A stretch of DNA of 64,000 nucleotides from the human T2T-CHM13v2.0 reference genome, Homo sapiens. The DNA lies in the NCBI RefSeq assembly GCF_009914755.1, contig NC_060925.1. One strand, given 5' to 3'. The notes under the pieces are model-generated. The model ran no database searches. It was given only the letters and a program-made list of their open reading frames with translations, and had not been told where the DNA came from. Each line of letters begins with the position of its first letter. Within the stretch, counting starts at the first letter, position 1. This document shows, piece after piece, positions 1-14,420 of this stretch. A program made the position numbers and the translations under genes.

Positions 1-146
1 CTCTGCTACATAAAGTATTACCGAAGGCCTCGCCTGCCTCAAAGCAGAGGCTGGCCTGGTCACCCGTGGAGAGCCCTTTCAGCTCCACGATATGGAATTA
101 AAATACTTTGGATACACTAGGCCCAAACACACTCTTTGGAGCCTTA

Positions 147-307
147 GAGCAGCGCTCCTCTAAGTAGAAAGCACTCAGGAATTGCCTGGATTCCACGCAG
201 ATCCCAATCAGCGGGTCTGGGCGGGGGCTGAGACTCTGTATTTCTCACAAACCTCCCAGCAGTGCCGATGCTGCTGGGTCCACATACCACACTGAGAGTA
301 GCAAGGG
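147..307. mobile_element. MER5A-like hAT DNA transposon relic
   Basis: ggtctgggcgggggctgagactctgtatttctcacaaacctccc...gatgctgctgg...ccacactgagagtagc is typical of MER5A. Confidence 0.65.
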
Positions 308-1203
308 CTTAGAGGCCTTTTTTAAAAAACAGTAAAGAAAGTTTATTATGCTAATAACAAGAATCCCCAAGGTAGGGTGACCTACATGTCCTGCCACCCC
401 GGCAGGCACTGACTGCACTAAACACACGTGCATGGCCAAGCACGCATGAGAAAGCAGCTCATCCGCCCTGCTGCGTGGGCTTCAGCAAGCCTCAGCACCC
501 TCCTCTTTTAGGGTTCCTGACTACCACCTGCCCTGAAAGGGTCACTGGAGACAAACGCTAGGATTCCTGAGACAGAGTCCCAGTCCCCTTGCAGCTGGCG
601 CCAGACCACTAGAATCTGAGGGCTGAGATGTCACTTCTGAGCCCTCTCCCTTCTACTCTCTGTACCTGGTCTGCAGCAGTTCTGCAGCATGAAGAATGGT
701 ACCAGGGGCAGCCCCTCACCCCTCCTCTCTCTGCTCTCCTTGCTGAAGCCGGCCATCTGCATACCTGCCCAGGTGAAATCCATCCCACTCTCCCTCCTCA
801 GGCTTCCAACTGGCCCAAAGCCCGCCCACTGCACTGCTGCCCTGCTGACCTTCCCCTGCGGCTCCTTCCCACTATGAAATTCTGCTCTTCCTCCTCCTCC
901 TTCCACTAGGAGGGTTCCAGTGGGGAGCCAGGCAAAAGTTTCCCTATTACAGGGTTTGGAGGATGCTGGCAATTTCTTCTATGTTGTGTTTCCTCCCTGC
1001 TTGCCATCAGAATAAACATCAGAGGTCACTGCATAAAAGCGTCTCCCCAGTTTAGAGAACAGAAGAAGCCACTTATGCAATAATAGGGAAGCCCTGGCAG
1101 AGAGGAGCTGGTGGGAAGAAGTTGGACGGGAGCTGTGGGGGTGGGGAGGGGCTCAGGAGGCAGCCCGCATAGTGGCTTAATGCAGGCATCCTGGAGTGGT
1201 AGA

Positions 1204-1280
1204 CAGCAGTGGTCTCCAACCTTTTTGGCACTAGGGACCAGTTTTGGGGAAGACAGTTTTACCATGGACCAGTGTGGGGG
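1204..1280. mobile_element. MER1 (Charlie) terminal fragment
   Basis: cagtggtctccaacctttttggcactagggaccagttttggggaagacagtttt matches the MER1 terminus also seen at 11377. Confidence 0.7.
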
Positions 1281-1942
1281 CCGGGGATGCAAGCCGCAAA
1301 GCATACGTGCCCTGGGGTGCGTGCAAAGCCACAAAGCACACGTGCTTAGGGAGCTGCCGGAGGCCGGCATGGCTGAAAGCCCCACGGCAAGGGGACTGAA
1401 AGCAGAGGTGAGGCTGGAGCAGGACAAGGGTCAGCCCACCAGGGCCTGAGAGCCACACCAGAGGGGCTGATTTTTTTCTCCTGAGTGCAGAGGGAGCCAC
1501 TTCGAGGCAGTTAGCAGGGAGGTGGCGTGGTCAGGTGGGCCTTTGAAAAGAACACTCTAGCTGCAGAGTGGGGAGAAAACTGCTGGCCAGAGTGGTGGCA
1601 GGAAGGCCAGTGAGAAGGCCCTGCTGTTATCCAGGAGGGGCGACAGTGGCTTAGACCAGGGGCCTGGGTGGAGAGGGGAAGGAACCAGATTCGAGAGTTA
1701 CTTAGGAGGTAAAACCATAGGCCTATTGTGAGGAATAAGTGAAATAAACTCTGAGAAGCACCACACAGTCCTGGCATGAATGAAGGGCTCACCAGCTCAC
1801 CAATGACATCAGGTTCCTTTCCTTCCTGAAGTCAAAAGACCACGGGGGACCCGGCCCCAGGTGGTGGCACCTCTCACTGGCTTTGCTAGCCAAGGGTGCA
1901 GATGGGTACCCACCATTTACAGAGCTTAGAAAATCAACTTAC

Positions 1943-1970
1943 CATCCTTGAGTGAGAAGCTCAGAAGGTC
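1943..1970 (-). CDS. TMCO4: TMCO4 third coding exon, a 28-nt microexon (DLLSFSLKD-G)
   Basis: tcttctccctcag|GACCTTCTGAGCTTCTCACTCAAGGATG|gtaagt. Continues the frame from the phase-0 end of the previous exon and matches the TMCO4 protein as I recall it. Confidence 0.9.
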
Positions 1971-2314
1971 CTGAGGGAGAAGACAACAGGCATCAATGAC
2001 AAAGCTGATATACGATACAGCGCGCTCATTTGACAAATATTGACTCCTACCAAGTGGCAGAACAAGACAGACAAAAAGCCACTGCCCTAGATTCTAGACG
2101 TGAGCCAGATGATAAACAGGCAAGCGAAGAAAGAAATACATGAGGACTTCAGGTAGTGAGATAAGGAGGGGAAGGGGCTATTTTAAATCCACTTACTTTC
2201 CCTACCAACAGTCTGCGTCACAAGCTTCTATCTGCTTTAACTGCAGGCATAGCTGGTGAGTGACATGCTCAAGGGCACACAGTGAAGCTTCTGCTTCTGA
2301 AAAGAGGTGCCACA

Positions 2315-2545
2315 GCTTAGAAGAATGCGGGCTCTGGAGTCAGACTACCAAGGTTCAAATCCTGGCTCCACCACTTATCAGCTGTGTGACCTTGGGCAAG
2401 TTACTTAACCTCTCTGTGTCTCAGTTTCCTCAACTATGAAATGGGGATGGCCCTACCACTTACCTCATAAAGTCACTTCAAGAATTAGATGAGTTAGTTT
2501 TTGAAAAGGAACCAGCACATAATCAGCATTAAGAGTAAATATTCA
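2315..2545 (+). mobile_element. MIR SINE
   Basis: MIR core ggttcaaatcctggctccaccacttatcagctgtgtgaccttgggcaagttacttaacctctctgtgtctcagtttcctc. Confidence 0.85.
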
Positions 2546-2708
2546 ATAATGATAATTCAACATCAGCTATGATCATGATATGATATTATGATGACATATT
2601 TTATCTTCCAACTGCTCCACCCCACTAGAAGTGATTTTTTAGGCTAACATTGAAAGAAAATGATTTGTTCTACTGTCCCCAGCAGCCACCACCAGGTGTT
2701 GGGTGTAC

Positions 2709-2883
2709 CTGAGTGATCACCGTCGGGTCGTCCTTCAAGATGGGGTCCTTCAGTAAAATTTGAACAAACACATCTGCTCCTTCACCTCCCAGGCCGCTCG
2801 CAAAAGCAGTCATGGTTGGCAAGACAGCTTCAGACAACTCCAGCCACTTCACCAGGCCTGCCATGAACTCTGTGCAGAAGGAG
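2709..2883 (-). CDS. TMCO4: TMCO4 second coding exon (175 nt)
   Basis: Acceptor tctgcctttcag|C completes the phase-2 Ser codon. Reads SFCTEFMAGLVKWLELSEAVLPTMTAFASGLGGEGADVFVQILLKDPILKDDPTVITQ. Donor CAG|GTACAC. Confidence 0.95.
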
Positions 2884-3052
2884 CTGAAAGGCAGACATGG
2901 CTTAGTTCTCCAGGATCCTCAGAGCTCAGCCTCCACTGGGCAGTGTAGATTAGTTGTGGTCACGGATGTGAACAGCTGGCACGTGCCTGACTTACTGACT
3001 GTGATCCCTCAAATACAGAGGCAGTCAAAGACCTCATCTTGGGTGATGTAAA

Positions 3053-3362
<310 letters not shown>

Positions 3363-4308
3363 TGATGTGGATTTTGGTTTCTTCTCTCACCAAAATGTTT
3401 ATCAAAGAGGCTGATAAGCCACAGCAATGACAGCAATGGATGGTGACTGGTTGCATGCCTTGGGCCTGGGCTGTGCCAGGGGCGACGAATAAAGGTGAAA
3501 AACCTGGTATCTGAGGAAGCTCACAGCAGGGTGGATGCTCAAGTAACCAAGTGACTCTAGAGCCGTGTGGTACCCTAGGACAGAGGTGGAGATCAGTTCA
3601 GTGCAGCCCACAGAGGGAGCCCCGGATCCACCTGCAGAAGTGACGGCAGCCACCAGAAAAGGCTTCCCAGAGAAGGCCATCTGCTCTCCTGGATGCTGCC
3701 AAGGACGTGCTTTCTGGAAAACGCTGGCTGCTGCAAAAGTGGAAGAAGTGAAGGGAAGAGTGCCCTCCACGTGCACTGCCACCGCCAGTCTCTGTCCATA
3801 GTGGGCATCTGAGTGCAGTCCTACAGGAGTCCCCAGGGGAGGATGGGATGGGGCCGCTCTAGGGGAGAAGGAAGCCTTTGAGCTGAGACACAGAGGTGGG
3901 GAGCCCAGAGCATTTGGGGGGATGATGGCAGAGTCCACACCAGACTTCTGACACAGCCACCTCTGTGGAGCAGGTGTGAGCCGGGTGGCAGGTGGGCCAG
4001 GAGAGTCACTTAGAAGGCGATTATACCACTCCCGGGAAAGGGCTGACACCCAGAAGCCAGGTCTGTCTCCAAAATCAGAGTCCCAGCCTGCCTCAAACCA
4101 CATTGCCTTGGGACTCCAACACTGGGTTCTGCCCTGTAGGGCAGAGGCTGCACTCAGGCCTCTCAGAAACAAGCAGAGCTCCCAGGTGGTAGAGGCAATG
4201 TCAGGAGCCCCCTGCCCTTGCACCACATGACCCAGCTATCACATTCCTTAGAGTGGGACCGAGACCTTGATGGGAGTTGTGAGGAACTTGGGTTTAAATC
4301 CTAGCCTC

Positions 4309-4615
4309 AGCCGGGCGCAGTGGCTCACGCCTGTAATCCCAACGCTTTGAGAAGTGGGGCTGGGTGGATCACCTGAGGTCAGGAGTTCGAGACCAGCCTG
4401 GCCAACATGGTGAAATCCCGTCTCTACTAAAAGTACAAAAATTAGCTGGGCGTGGTGGCATGTACCTGTAGTCCCATATATTCAGGAGGCTGAGGCACAA
4501 GAGTCGCTTGAACCCAGGGGCGGCGGTTGCAGTGAACTGACATCGCACCACTGCACTCCAGCCTGGGTGACAGAGTGAGACTCTGTCTCAAAAATAAATA
4601 AAAATAAAAAAGTAA
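4309..4615 (+). mobile_element. Alu (AluS-like)
   Basis: gccgggcgcagtggctcacgcctgtaatccc to A-rich tail. Confidence 0.9.
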
Positions 4616-4636
4616 ACTAAATCCCGGCCTCACCAC

Positions 4637-5035
4637 TGTTACGGTCGGGTTCCTGGGAAGCTGCCCTGAAATGAGATGATTAGGGCTCCCCTTGGGATCA
4701 ACACCCTGGGGAGGGAAGGGAGGAAGCAGGGTTGGGCAGAGGAGGCAGCTGAGCTATGATACAGTCTCAAGGGAGGTCTCAGCAGCCCCTGCAGGGAGTT
4801 CTAAAGATGGGATGACACTTCGGAACTGTCTCCAGCGGGGTGAGAGGGCCAGGCCTTTACAGCTGTGCATCAGCCAGTTACCGGATGCAGGTGCCCCAGG
4901 GAGGGGACAGAACCTCAGGCAACGTGGCTCCCTTCAGCTGAGGCAGGCCCAAAAAGGTACAGACAGCTCAGGGCTGTGCTGGCAGCCTTGCCAGCAGCTG
5001 GGGGTGAAAGGCCTTCATTCTTGAAGAGGAATCTT
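4637..5035. mobile_element. LTR16-family (ERVL) solo LTR relic
   Basis: gggatcaacaccctggggagggaagggaggaagcagggttgggcagagg...gagctatgatacagtctcaa resembles the LTR16 consensus. Confidence 0.6.
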
Positions 5036-5709
5036 AGCAGAGAGCATCTTGGGAAAGTGTAATGGCCTCTCTGTGCCTCAGTGTCCTTATCTGCAAAATG
5101 GGTTCAAGAGACCAACTTCATAAGGTTGGTTGAGGATGAAGTGAGATGATAAATATAAAGGGCCGAAAGTGAGCCTGGCATGTAGTAGAGGCTCAACTAC
5201 ATGAGACTAAAAACGATGTTAGCTAGTATCGTTATTTTGATTTACAAGGTGGCAGAGGGAGGCAGTGGAGGATGGGGTTAAGAGTCGGACTCTGAAGTCC
5301 AACCACCTGGGGGAGTCCTGGTTCCCCTGGAAATTGGCTTTGTGTCCTCACTTTACCTCTCAGCTTCATTTCCCTCTGAGATAACATGTGGATAATAACA
5401 GGACCTGCCTCACAGGTGAGTTGGGCAGGTTAAATGGCATGGTAACACTGTCTGGCACCAGTGAACCCTGGATAAATGTTAGCTACTGCTACCACAGTGA
5501 TTATAATTTGCCCCACTGCAATTTACTGGGATTACCTTGGGGTGGTAATGAGGTATGTATTTGGGGAGGGGATGGCTAAGTAAACCGAACGTTACTTAGA
5601 AGCAAATTTATATACAGAAAGGGCTCAGGGCCAAGGACTATAGCATGGCCTGGTCCTGCTGTCCACGAAGAAAGTTTTGGATATGGAGAAGCAACTCTTA
5701 ACGAGAGTG

Positions 5710-5930
5710 CAGGGGCAAAGAGCACAGACTGGTTCAAATCCCAGCTCTACCATGAGCTGTGTGATCTTGGACAAGTGACTTCACCTCTCTGGGCCTTAGT
5801 TTCCTTATCTGTAAAACAGTGGAGATGATGAAAGGTATTTCATAGGGTTGTTGAAAGGATTAACTAAGTAAGTATTTGTCATGTGCTTAGAACAATACCT
5901 GGCACCTACAAAGCACTAGAGAGTAATGTG
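5710..5930 (+). mobile_element. MIR SINE
   Basis: ggttcaaatcccagctctaccatgagctgtgtgatcttggacaagtgacttcacctctctgggccttagtttcc...gtgcttagaacaatacctggcac. Confidence 0.8.
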
Positions 5931-6455
5931 TTTCTTTCCATGGACAAATGAATTAAAAAAAATATATATGCAAAGTGCCAGCACAGCAATTTACCAAATA
6001 ACAAGTAGCATTTTAGATCGGCAGGGCCTTGATAATTGCTACTAATGTGTTTGTTGGTCTGGTGGAAATACAGGAAAATCAACAGCAACAATGACAGCAG
6101 ATAACAATTGTAGAGCAACTGTCCGTCAGTCCCTGTGCTGAGAGCTTCGTACACCTTGAGTTACTTAATTCTCACCATGACCCCATGAGGAAGGGAGGTA
6201 CTAGTTAAGGGAGGTACTAGTTTACACTACTCTAGAGATAAGGAATCCTAGATCCAGAGAGGTTAAGTGACAGCTCCAGATTCACGCCTACATCTCTGGG
6301 ACCCCAGAGGCTATGCATACCAGCTGCAGAGGTTACCCCACTCCAGTGGTTATGTCCCTGAGCACCCACCATGCACGGGCCACTCACTGAGCAAGGGCAT
6401 CAAACATCCCCTTTCATCCTACCCCATCTTACACAGGGCGCACCTGGCCTGCTGG

Positions 6456-7103
<648 letters not shown>

Positions 7104-7304
7104 CTGTACCCCATTAATTTCTCCATGTTTGATCAATGGAATTAATTAAAGGGAACAGCATCTGTGATGTTCACAGCATGGAAAAGAAATAAATGTTTTA
7201 GAGGGTTGCTTTTATATCCTGTGGGATCAAGAACGGCCACACAGTGTTTTCTAAAGATTACTAAAACCAAGAGCATATCTGGGCTTTAAAAATATTGAGG
7301 TATT

Positions 7305-7608
7305 TATTTATTTTGTTTATTAGTTTTATTTTTTGAGATGGAGTATCGCTCTGTCGCCCAGGCTGTGGCATGATCTCGACTCACTGCAACCCCCACCTCC
7401 CGGATTCAAGCGATTCTTCTACCTCAGCCACCCAAGTAGCTAGGATTACAGGCATATACCACCACATCCGGCTAATCTTTGTATTTTTAGTAGAGACAGG
7501 GTTTCACCATGTTGGCCAGGCTGGTCTCAAACTCCTAACCTCAAGTGATCTGCCCGCCTCAGCATCCCAGAGTGCTGGGATTACAGGCATGAACCACCAC
7601 ACTCGGCC
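7305..7608 (-). mobile_element. Alu
   Basis: Antisense Alu body ending cactcggcc. Confidence 0.9.
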
Positions 7609-8142
7609 AATATTGAGGTTTTTAAAAAACATGTTTTGTGCATCAGAAAACAGAGCAACCATGTGGAAACAACCGGCATACTGAACGGGAAACATTCGAG
7701 AAGGAAACACTCCACGGCAAATGCTTATGGCCAGGCAACAGCCACCTGTGTTTATAACAACGCTTGGATATTGTGGAGTGGGGGTGGGAGACACAGGACA
7801 GTAACTCGCTGCCTTATGTGCCCTCCTAAGTAGCGCCTAGTATGGGCCTGGCACACAGTCCAGATTCATAAACATTTGTTCATGGAAACAAAGTACACAA
7901 AGCTCTTCCTTGGCTAGGTACTGGTTTATCAGGTAGGAGTTTCATTATTAACAACAAGACCAACCAATATTTGCTTGGTAGTAGTTTGGTGTCAGGTTCT
8001 GCAAGGGCCATCAACACATACCCTCCTTACAATCACCCTCTTGGATGGTGTTGCCAACAGCTTCTCTGAAACAGTAATTCCCCAGCCCCTTCTTCCTGGC
8101 TGGCAGAACTCATCTCCCATGATGGAGGTTGAAAACAGCAAA

Positions 8143-9169
<1,027 letters not shown>

Positions 9170-9170
<1 letters not shown>

Positions 9171-9460
9171 CTGGGCATAGTGGCTTGAACCTGTAATCTC
9201 AGCTACTTGGGAGGCTGAGATGGGAGGATTGCTTGAGGCCAGCCCGGGCAGCATTGTGAGACTCTGTCTCTAGAAGAATAAAAAGTTAGCCAGGCATGGT
9301 GGCATGCATCTGTAGTCCCAGCTACTCAGAAGGCTGGGGTGGGGGAAGACCACTTGGGCCCAGGAGTTTGAGGTTACAGTGAGCTATGTCTGTATCACTG
9401 TACTCCAGCCTGGGTGACTGAGACCCCATCTCTAAAAAACAAAAATTAAACAACCAAAAA
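9170..9460 (+). mobile_element. Alu (AluJ-like, diverged)
   Basis: gctgggcatagtggcttgaacctgtaatctcagc...gcccaggagtttgaggttacagtgagctatg. Confidence 0.8.
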
Positions 9461-9546
9461 ACCACAAAAATATCCTAAGTGGTAGGAGTAAGTGTGGTAT
9501 TATCTTCATTTTCTGGATGAAGAAACAACTAGGGCAAAGAAAGTAA

Positions 9547-9950
<404 letters not shown>

Positions 9951-11376
9951 ACATCATCTCATTTAATTCCTGCAATCACCCTGCAGCATGGGTATCATTA
10001 GCCCCATTCTACAGATAAATAAACTGAGGCTTAGGGAAGTTAAATAAACTGCTCGAGGTCACATGAGACTGGAAAGTGGCAGAGTTAAGATTTGAACCCA
10101 GATCTGAGTCCAGAGCCTATGGACCATCTCCTTGTTGACAAAGCCAGCATTAACCTACCTCTTCTTTTCACGAACCTTTACCAGGTATCTTTGCTATACT
10201 GAGCTGTGTGCAAGGCACTGGGAACTCTGAGATGAACAAGGTAGCCCCTGCCCTCCCGAGCTCAGACTGGAGGGGTAGCAGGTATGGAGAGTTCCTGCAC
10301 AGTGTGGTGGTTGCAGAGATGGGTCGCTGGGCATACAGGTGGAACAATGCCCTGGTCTGGAGGACAGATAAGGGAAGGCTTCCTGGCGGTAACCCCCAAG
10401 GAGTTGAGTATGTTCAACTGTTCAGTCCAGTGGACAAAGACAGAAAAACAAAAACCCCAAACAGCTAAGACCCAAGGCATGAAGGAAGTTTACTCATGGG
10501 GGACCACTGAGTGTATGTGGGGGCCGTGTCTTGAAAACACTGCAGATGCAAGAGCTTCTCACCATCTCCTGGCCCAAGTCTTGTGCTCCCTGTCCTAGTA
10601 ACGGTATCTCAGTGCTCCTACGCTCTCTTCCCCCTCTGAACCTTTGGAGCCATAGTGAGCTCCTGCCTCTGCCTCACCCGCAACACTCAACCTCTTCCCA
10701 AGTCAACTCCATTCTCCCTGAGAAAAGTCTGTCCCATCTGTGTCCTCTGTCCACCACTCGGTCATTGTCCTCATTCCCCTGGATGACTCCGTTGGCCTCC
10801 TAACTGGCCCCCTCCTGCCTCCATACTCTCCCCTCTAGAATTTTTTAAGGTCAAAGCCCATGCTCTTAACAGTTCTGCTATTCTGACTCCAAATATGTGA
10901 TTTAAACACACACATGGGAGGTACTGTCAATGATAGAGATGAAATATAACGATGTCATTCTTTTGCTCCCACGACCCCGTTTAAACTCATCACAGCACTC
11001 ACTCATCTGTATCTGTCCCCTGTTACAATCAGCCACCTGGGCACCCCTACCTAGATGTAAGCACCTTGAGGGCAGGAGCTGGGCCTTGCTCGTCTTTGTT
11101 TCCTCCACAGGGCCATGTGCTACACCCAGCACATAGTAGGGGCTCAACAAATGCATGTTTCATGAATGAATAAATATTAATATCTTATCCGTTCCTGGAC
11201 GGTGTCCTACTTGATTGGGGGATGGTATCTGTCTCATTCACATTTACCCTCCATGTACTTCAAATCATACCTGGAATACAGTAAGTGCTCAAAAAATGTT
11301 CGGTGAAGGTATAAATGAGTGAATAACTGAATGAGGGGATGTCTTATCCCCCCACCAGATTGTGAGTTCCTTAGAG

Positions 11377-11833
11377 CAGCAGTCCCCAACCTTTTTGGCA
11401 CCAGGGACTGGTTTCAGGGAAGACAATTTTTCCAGGGACCCGGCGCAGGTAGGGTTCAGGATGAAACTGTTCCACCTCAGATCATCAGGCGTTAGTTAGA
11501 TTCTCATAAGAAGCGTGCCACCTAGATCCCTCGCGTGCGCAGTTCACGATAGGGTTTGAGCTTCTATGAGAATCTAATGCTGCCACAACTCAACCTCTCT
11601 GCACTTAGATTTCTTCATCTACAGATGGGACCATACAGTGTGGACCTGGAAGAGCTGTGTCAGTAGCAAAGGACACAGCCCATGTGGCTTAGTATTCATA
11701 AAATGCTTAGAACAGGAGGCAGAGGTCAGGCAGTAATTCTCATTCACCCACCACTCACCTCCTGCTGTGCGGCCAGGTTCCTAACAGGCTACAGACCAGT
11801 ACTGGTCCACGGCCTGGAGGTTAGAGACCCCTG
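11377..11833. mobile_element. MER1B-like DNA transposon, full length, interrupted by a 127-bp insert
   Basis: Both termini present (cagcagtccccaacctttttggcacc...ggaggttagagacccctg) and the internal palindrome ttagattctcat...atgagaatctaa. Confidence 0.85.
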
Positions 11834-11961
11834 CGTTAGAGGCAAGGACAATGACTTGCCCCTCTCTGCATTGCCTCATCGTGCCTGGCAGGCTGTTTGG
11901 CTGTCCATAGTTGTTCCCCTGAAGAAGCATGACCTTCCCACTGCAAGACAGAAGAACTCAC

Positions 11962-12140
11962 CTGTGTTCGGGTTCAGGAAATAACTGGGACAGGGAGATG
12001 CCACAGAGGGCAGCATAGGCGAAGCGGTTGGCCTCAGTCAGCTCCCGGCCCGTGGGCAGGTGTGGCTCCCCCTCTGCAGTGGGCTCAGCTACCAGAGGCT
12101 GCTGAGGCAGCCTCTGGCATGGCCTGTTCCACATGGCCAT
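11962..12140 (-). CDS. TMCO4: TMCO4 first coding exon (aa 1-59 plus 2 nt); the exon spans 11962-12148 including 8 nt of 5'UTR
   Basis: Translates MAMWNRPCQRLPQQPLVAEPTAEGEPHLPTGRELTEANRFAYAALCGISLSQLFPEPEH, the TMCO4 N-terminus. Acceptor tttctcctgcag|, ATG in strong context gggaATGG, donor CAG|GTGAGT at 11961. Confidence 0.95.
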
Positions 12141-12465
12141 TCCCAGCGCTGCAGGAGAAAATTCCCAGTGAGAAATGCTTCCAGAGGTAAGCCAAGGTTA
12201 CTTAAGCATGACACAGAACTTACAAACCATAAAAGGTTGATAAAGTAGGCATCATTAAAATGAAGAACTTCTTTTCATCACCTTTAGGAGAGTGAGAACA
12301 CACACTACAGACCAGGATGGAGGGAGGGATCTTCAATATGTCTATCCACAAAGGTCTATACACAGTATCCAAACAACTAACTCCAGTAAGTCATTAAGAA
12401 AAAGAAACGAAGCAAATTTAAAAATGGGCAAAAGACTTGAATAGATACTTCATAAAAGAGATTCC

Positions 12466-12549
12466 ACAGTGAGCCGAGATCGCGCCACGGCACTCCAGCC
12501 TGGCTGACAGAGCGAGACTCCATCTCAAAAAAAAAAAAAAAAAAAAAAA
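12466..12549 (+). mobile_element. 5'-truncated Alu (3' ~60 nt plus polyA)
   Basis: cagtgagccgagatcgcgcc...ctccatctcA(n); TSD aaaagagattccaca / aaaagatattcctca. Confidence 0.85.
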
Positions 12550-12560
12550 GATATTCCTCA

Positions 12561-12859
12561 GGCCAGGTATGGTGGCTCATGCCTCTAATCCCAGCACTTT
12601 TGGAAGCCGAGGTAGGAGGACTGATTGAGCCCAGGAGTTCAAGACCAGCCTGGGCAACATAGTGAGACTCCATCTCTACAGAAAAATAAAATAAAATAAT
12701 TAGCTGGGCATGGTGGCACACGCCTGTAGTTCCAGCTACTTAGGAAGCTAAGGTGAGAGGATTGCTTAAGCCTAGGAGTTTAAGGCTGCAATGAGCTATG
12801 ATCATTGCACTCCAGCGTGGGCTAGAGAATGAAACCCTGTCTCTTAAAAAAAAAAAAAA
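12561..12859 (+). mobile_element. Alu (AluJ-like)
   Basis: Sense Alu with the J-type gattgagcccaggagttc motif. Confidence 0.9.
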
Positions 12860-12980
12860 CCCAATAGCCAATAAGTATGAAAAGATGTTCAACATCGTTA
12901 GTCATCAGAGAAATGGAAATTAAAATCCCAATGAGACACTAACTCTCACCTATCAGAATAGCTAAAACTAAAAAGACTGA

Positions 12981-13327
<347 letters not shown>

Positions 13328-14189
13328 GCAAACAGAACTTTCATACACTGCTGGTGGGAGTGTACATTGGTATAACTATTTGGAAAATGGTTTGACAATA
13401 TCCACTAAAGCTAAACATATGTCTTCCCTATGCTCTGGCAATTCCACTCCTGAGAAATGAGGACTTAAGTCACGAAAAGACACATACATGAATGCTCACA
13501 GCAACTTCATTCACAATAGTCCCAAACTGGCAACAACCCACACGTCTATCACAGTAGAATGGATAAATGGTCATATTCATACTGTGAAACATTACACAGC
13601 AATGGAAAGGGAATGAACTACAGCAAACATGAATGAATCTCAGACAAAATGATACACAGAAAGCCATTCACGAGAGAGTACCTACCATGGGATTCCCTTT
13701 ATATGAAACTGAAAAATGCTAAACCCAATGTATGGTGATGGAAGTCAGATGAGGGGTTACATGTGGGAGGGAGTATTGGCTCAGAATGGGTACAAAGGAG
13801 GTTTCTGGGTGAAGGAAATGATCTCTATCTTGACCTGGGTGGTCATCATATGGGTATAAATATATTTAAAAATTCCCTGAACTGTATAGTTAATATTTAT
13901 GCACTTTGTGTATGGTATACCTCAAAGGAAGGAAGGAAGAAGGAAAAAAAGGGAGGAAGGTCTCCTCTTTGTTCTCCCTCCTTCTTTTCCTTCCCTCTAT
14001 TCTTTCCTTCCTTCCCAGGGGGAAAAGGGAAAGGGAGGAGAAGAGTAGGAAGAGGAGGGAGAGAAAAGGAGAGAGGGGACACGCCAAGAAGGCATCCAAG
14101 AAGCAGAAAGAACCCTGGGAGCCACCAGGAAGGGTACAGGGAAGGGTGCCAGCCTCTACTACAGGGGATCAAGGATATGAATGCAGGCT

Positions 14190-14420
14190 CAGGACCAGAC
14201 AGACCTGGGCGTGAAAACAAGCACCGCCACTTATTAGATATGGGACCCTAGGCAACTCAACCTCTCTGTACTTAGATTTCTTCACCTACAGATGGGACCA
14301 TACAGTATCTACCTAGAAGAGCTGTGTCAGTAGTAAAGGACACAGCCCATGTGGCTTAGTACTCGTAAAGCACCTAGAATAGAGCCTGGCACAGGGTTCA
14401 TGCTATATAAATGCTTGTTT
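14190..14420 (+). mobile_element. MIR SINE, source of the segment copied to 11586-11712
   Basis: gccacttattagatatgggaccctaggcaactcaacctctctgtacttagatttcttcacct...cctagaatagagcctggcacag. Confidence 0.7.

Noticed and set aside
13763-14251. Lys/Arg/Glu/Gly-rich 162-aa ORF
   Set aside because: Product of an L1 relic plus purine/pyrimidine low-complexity tracts.
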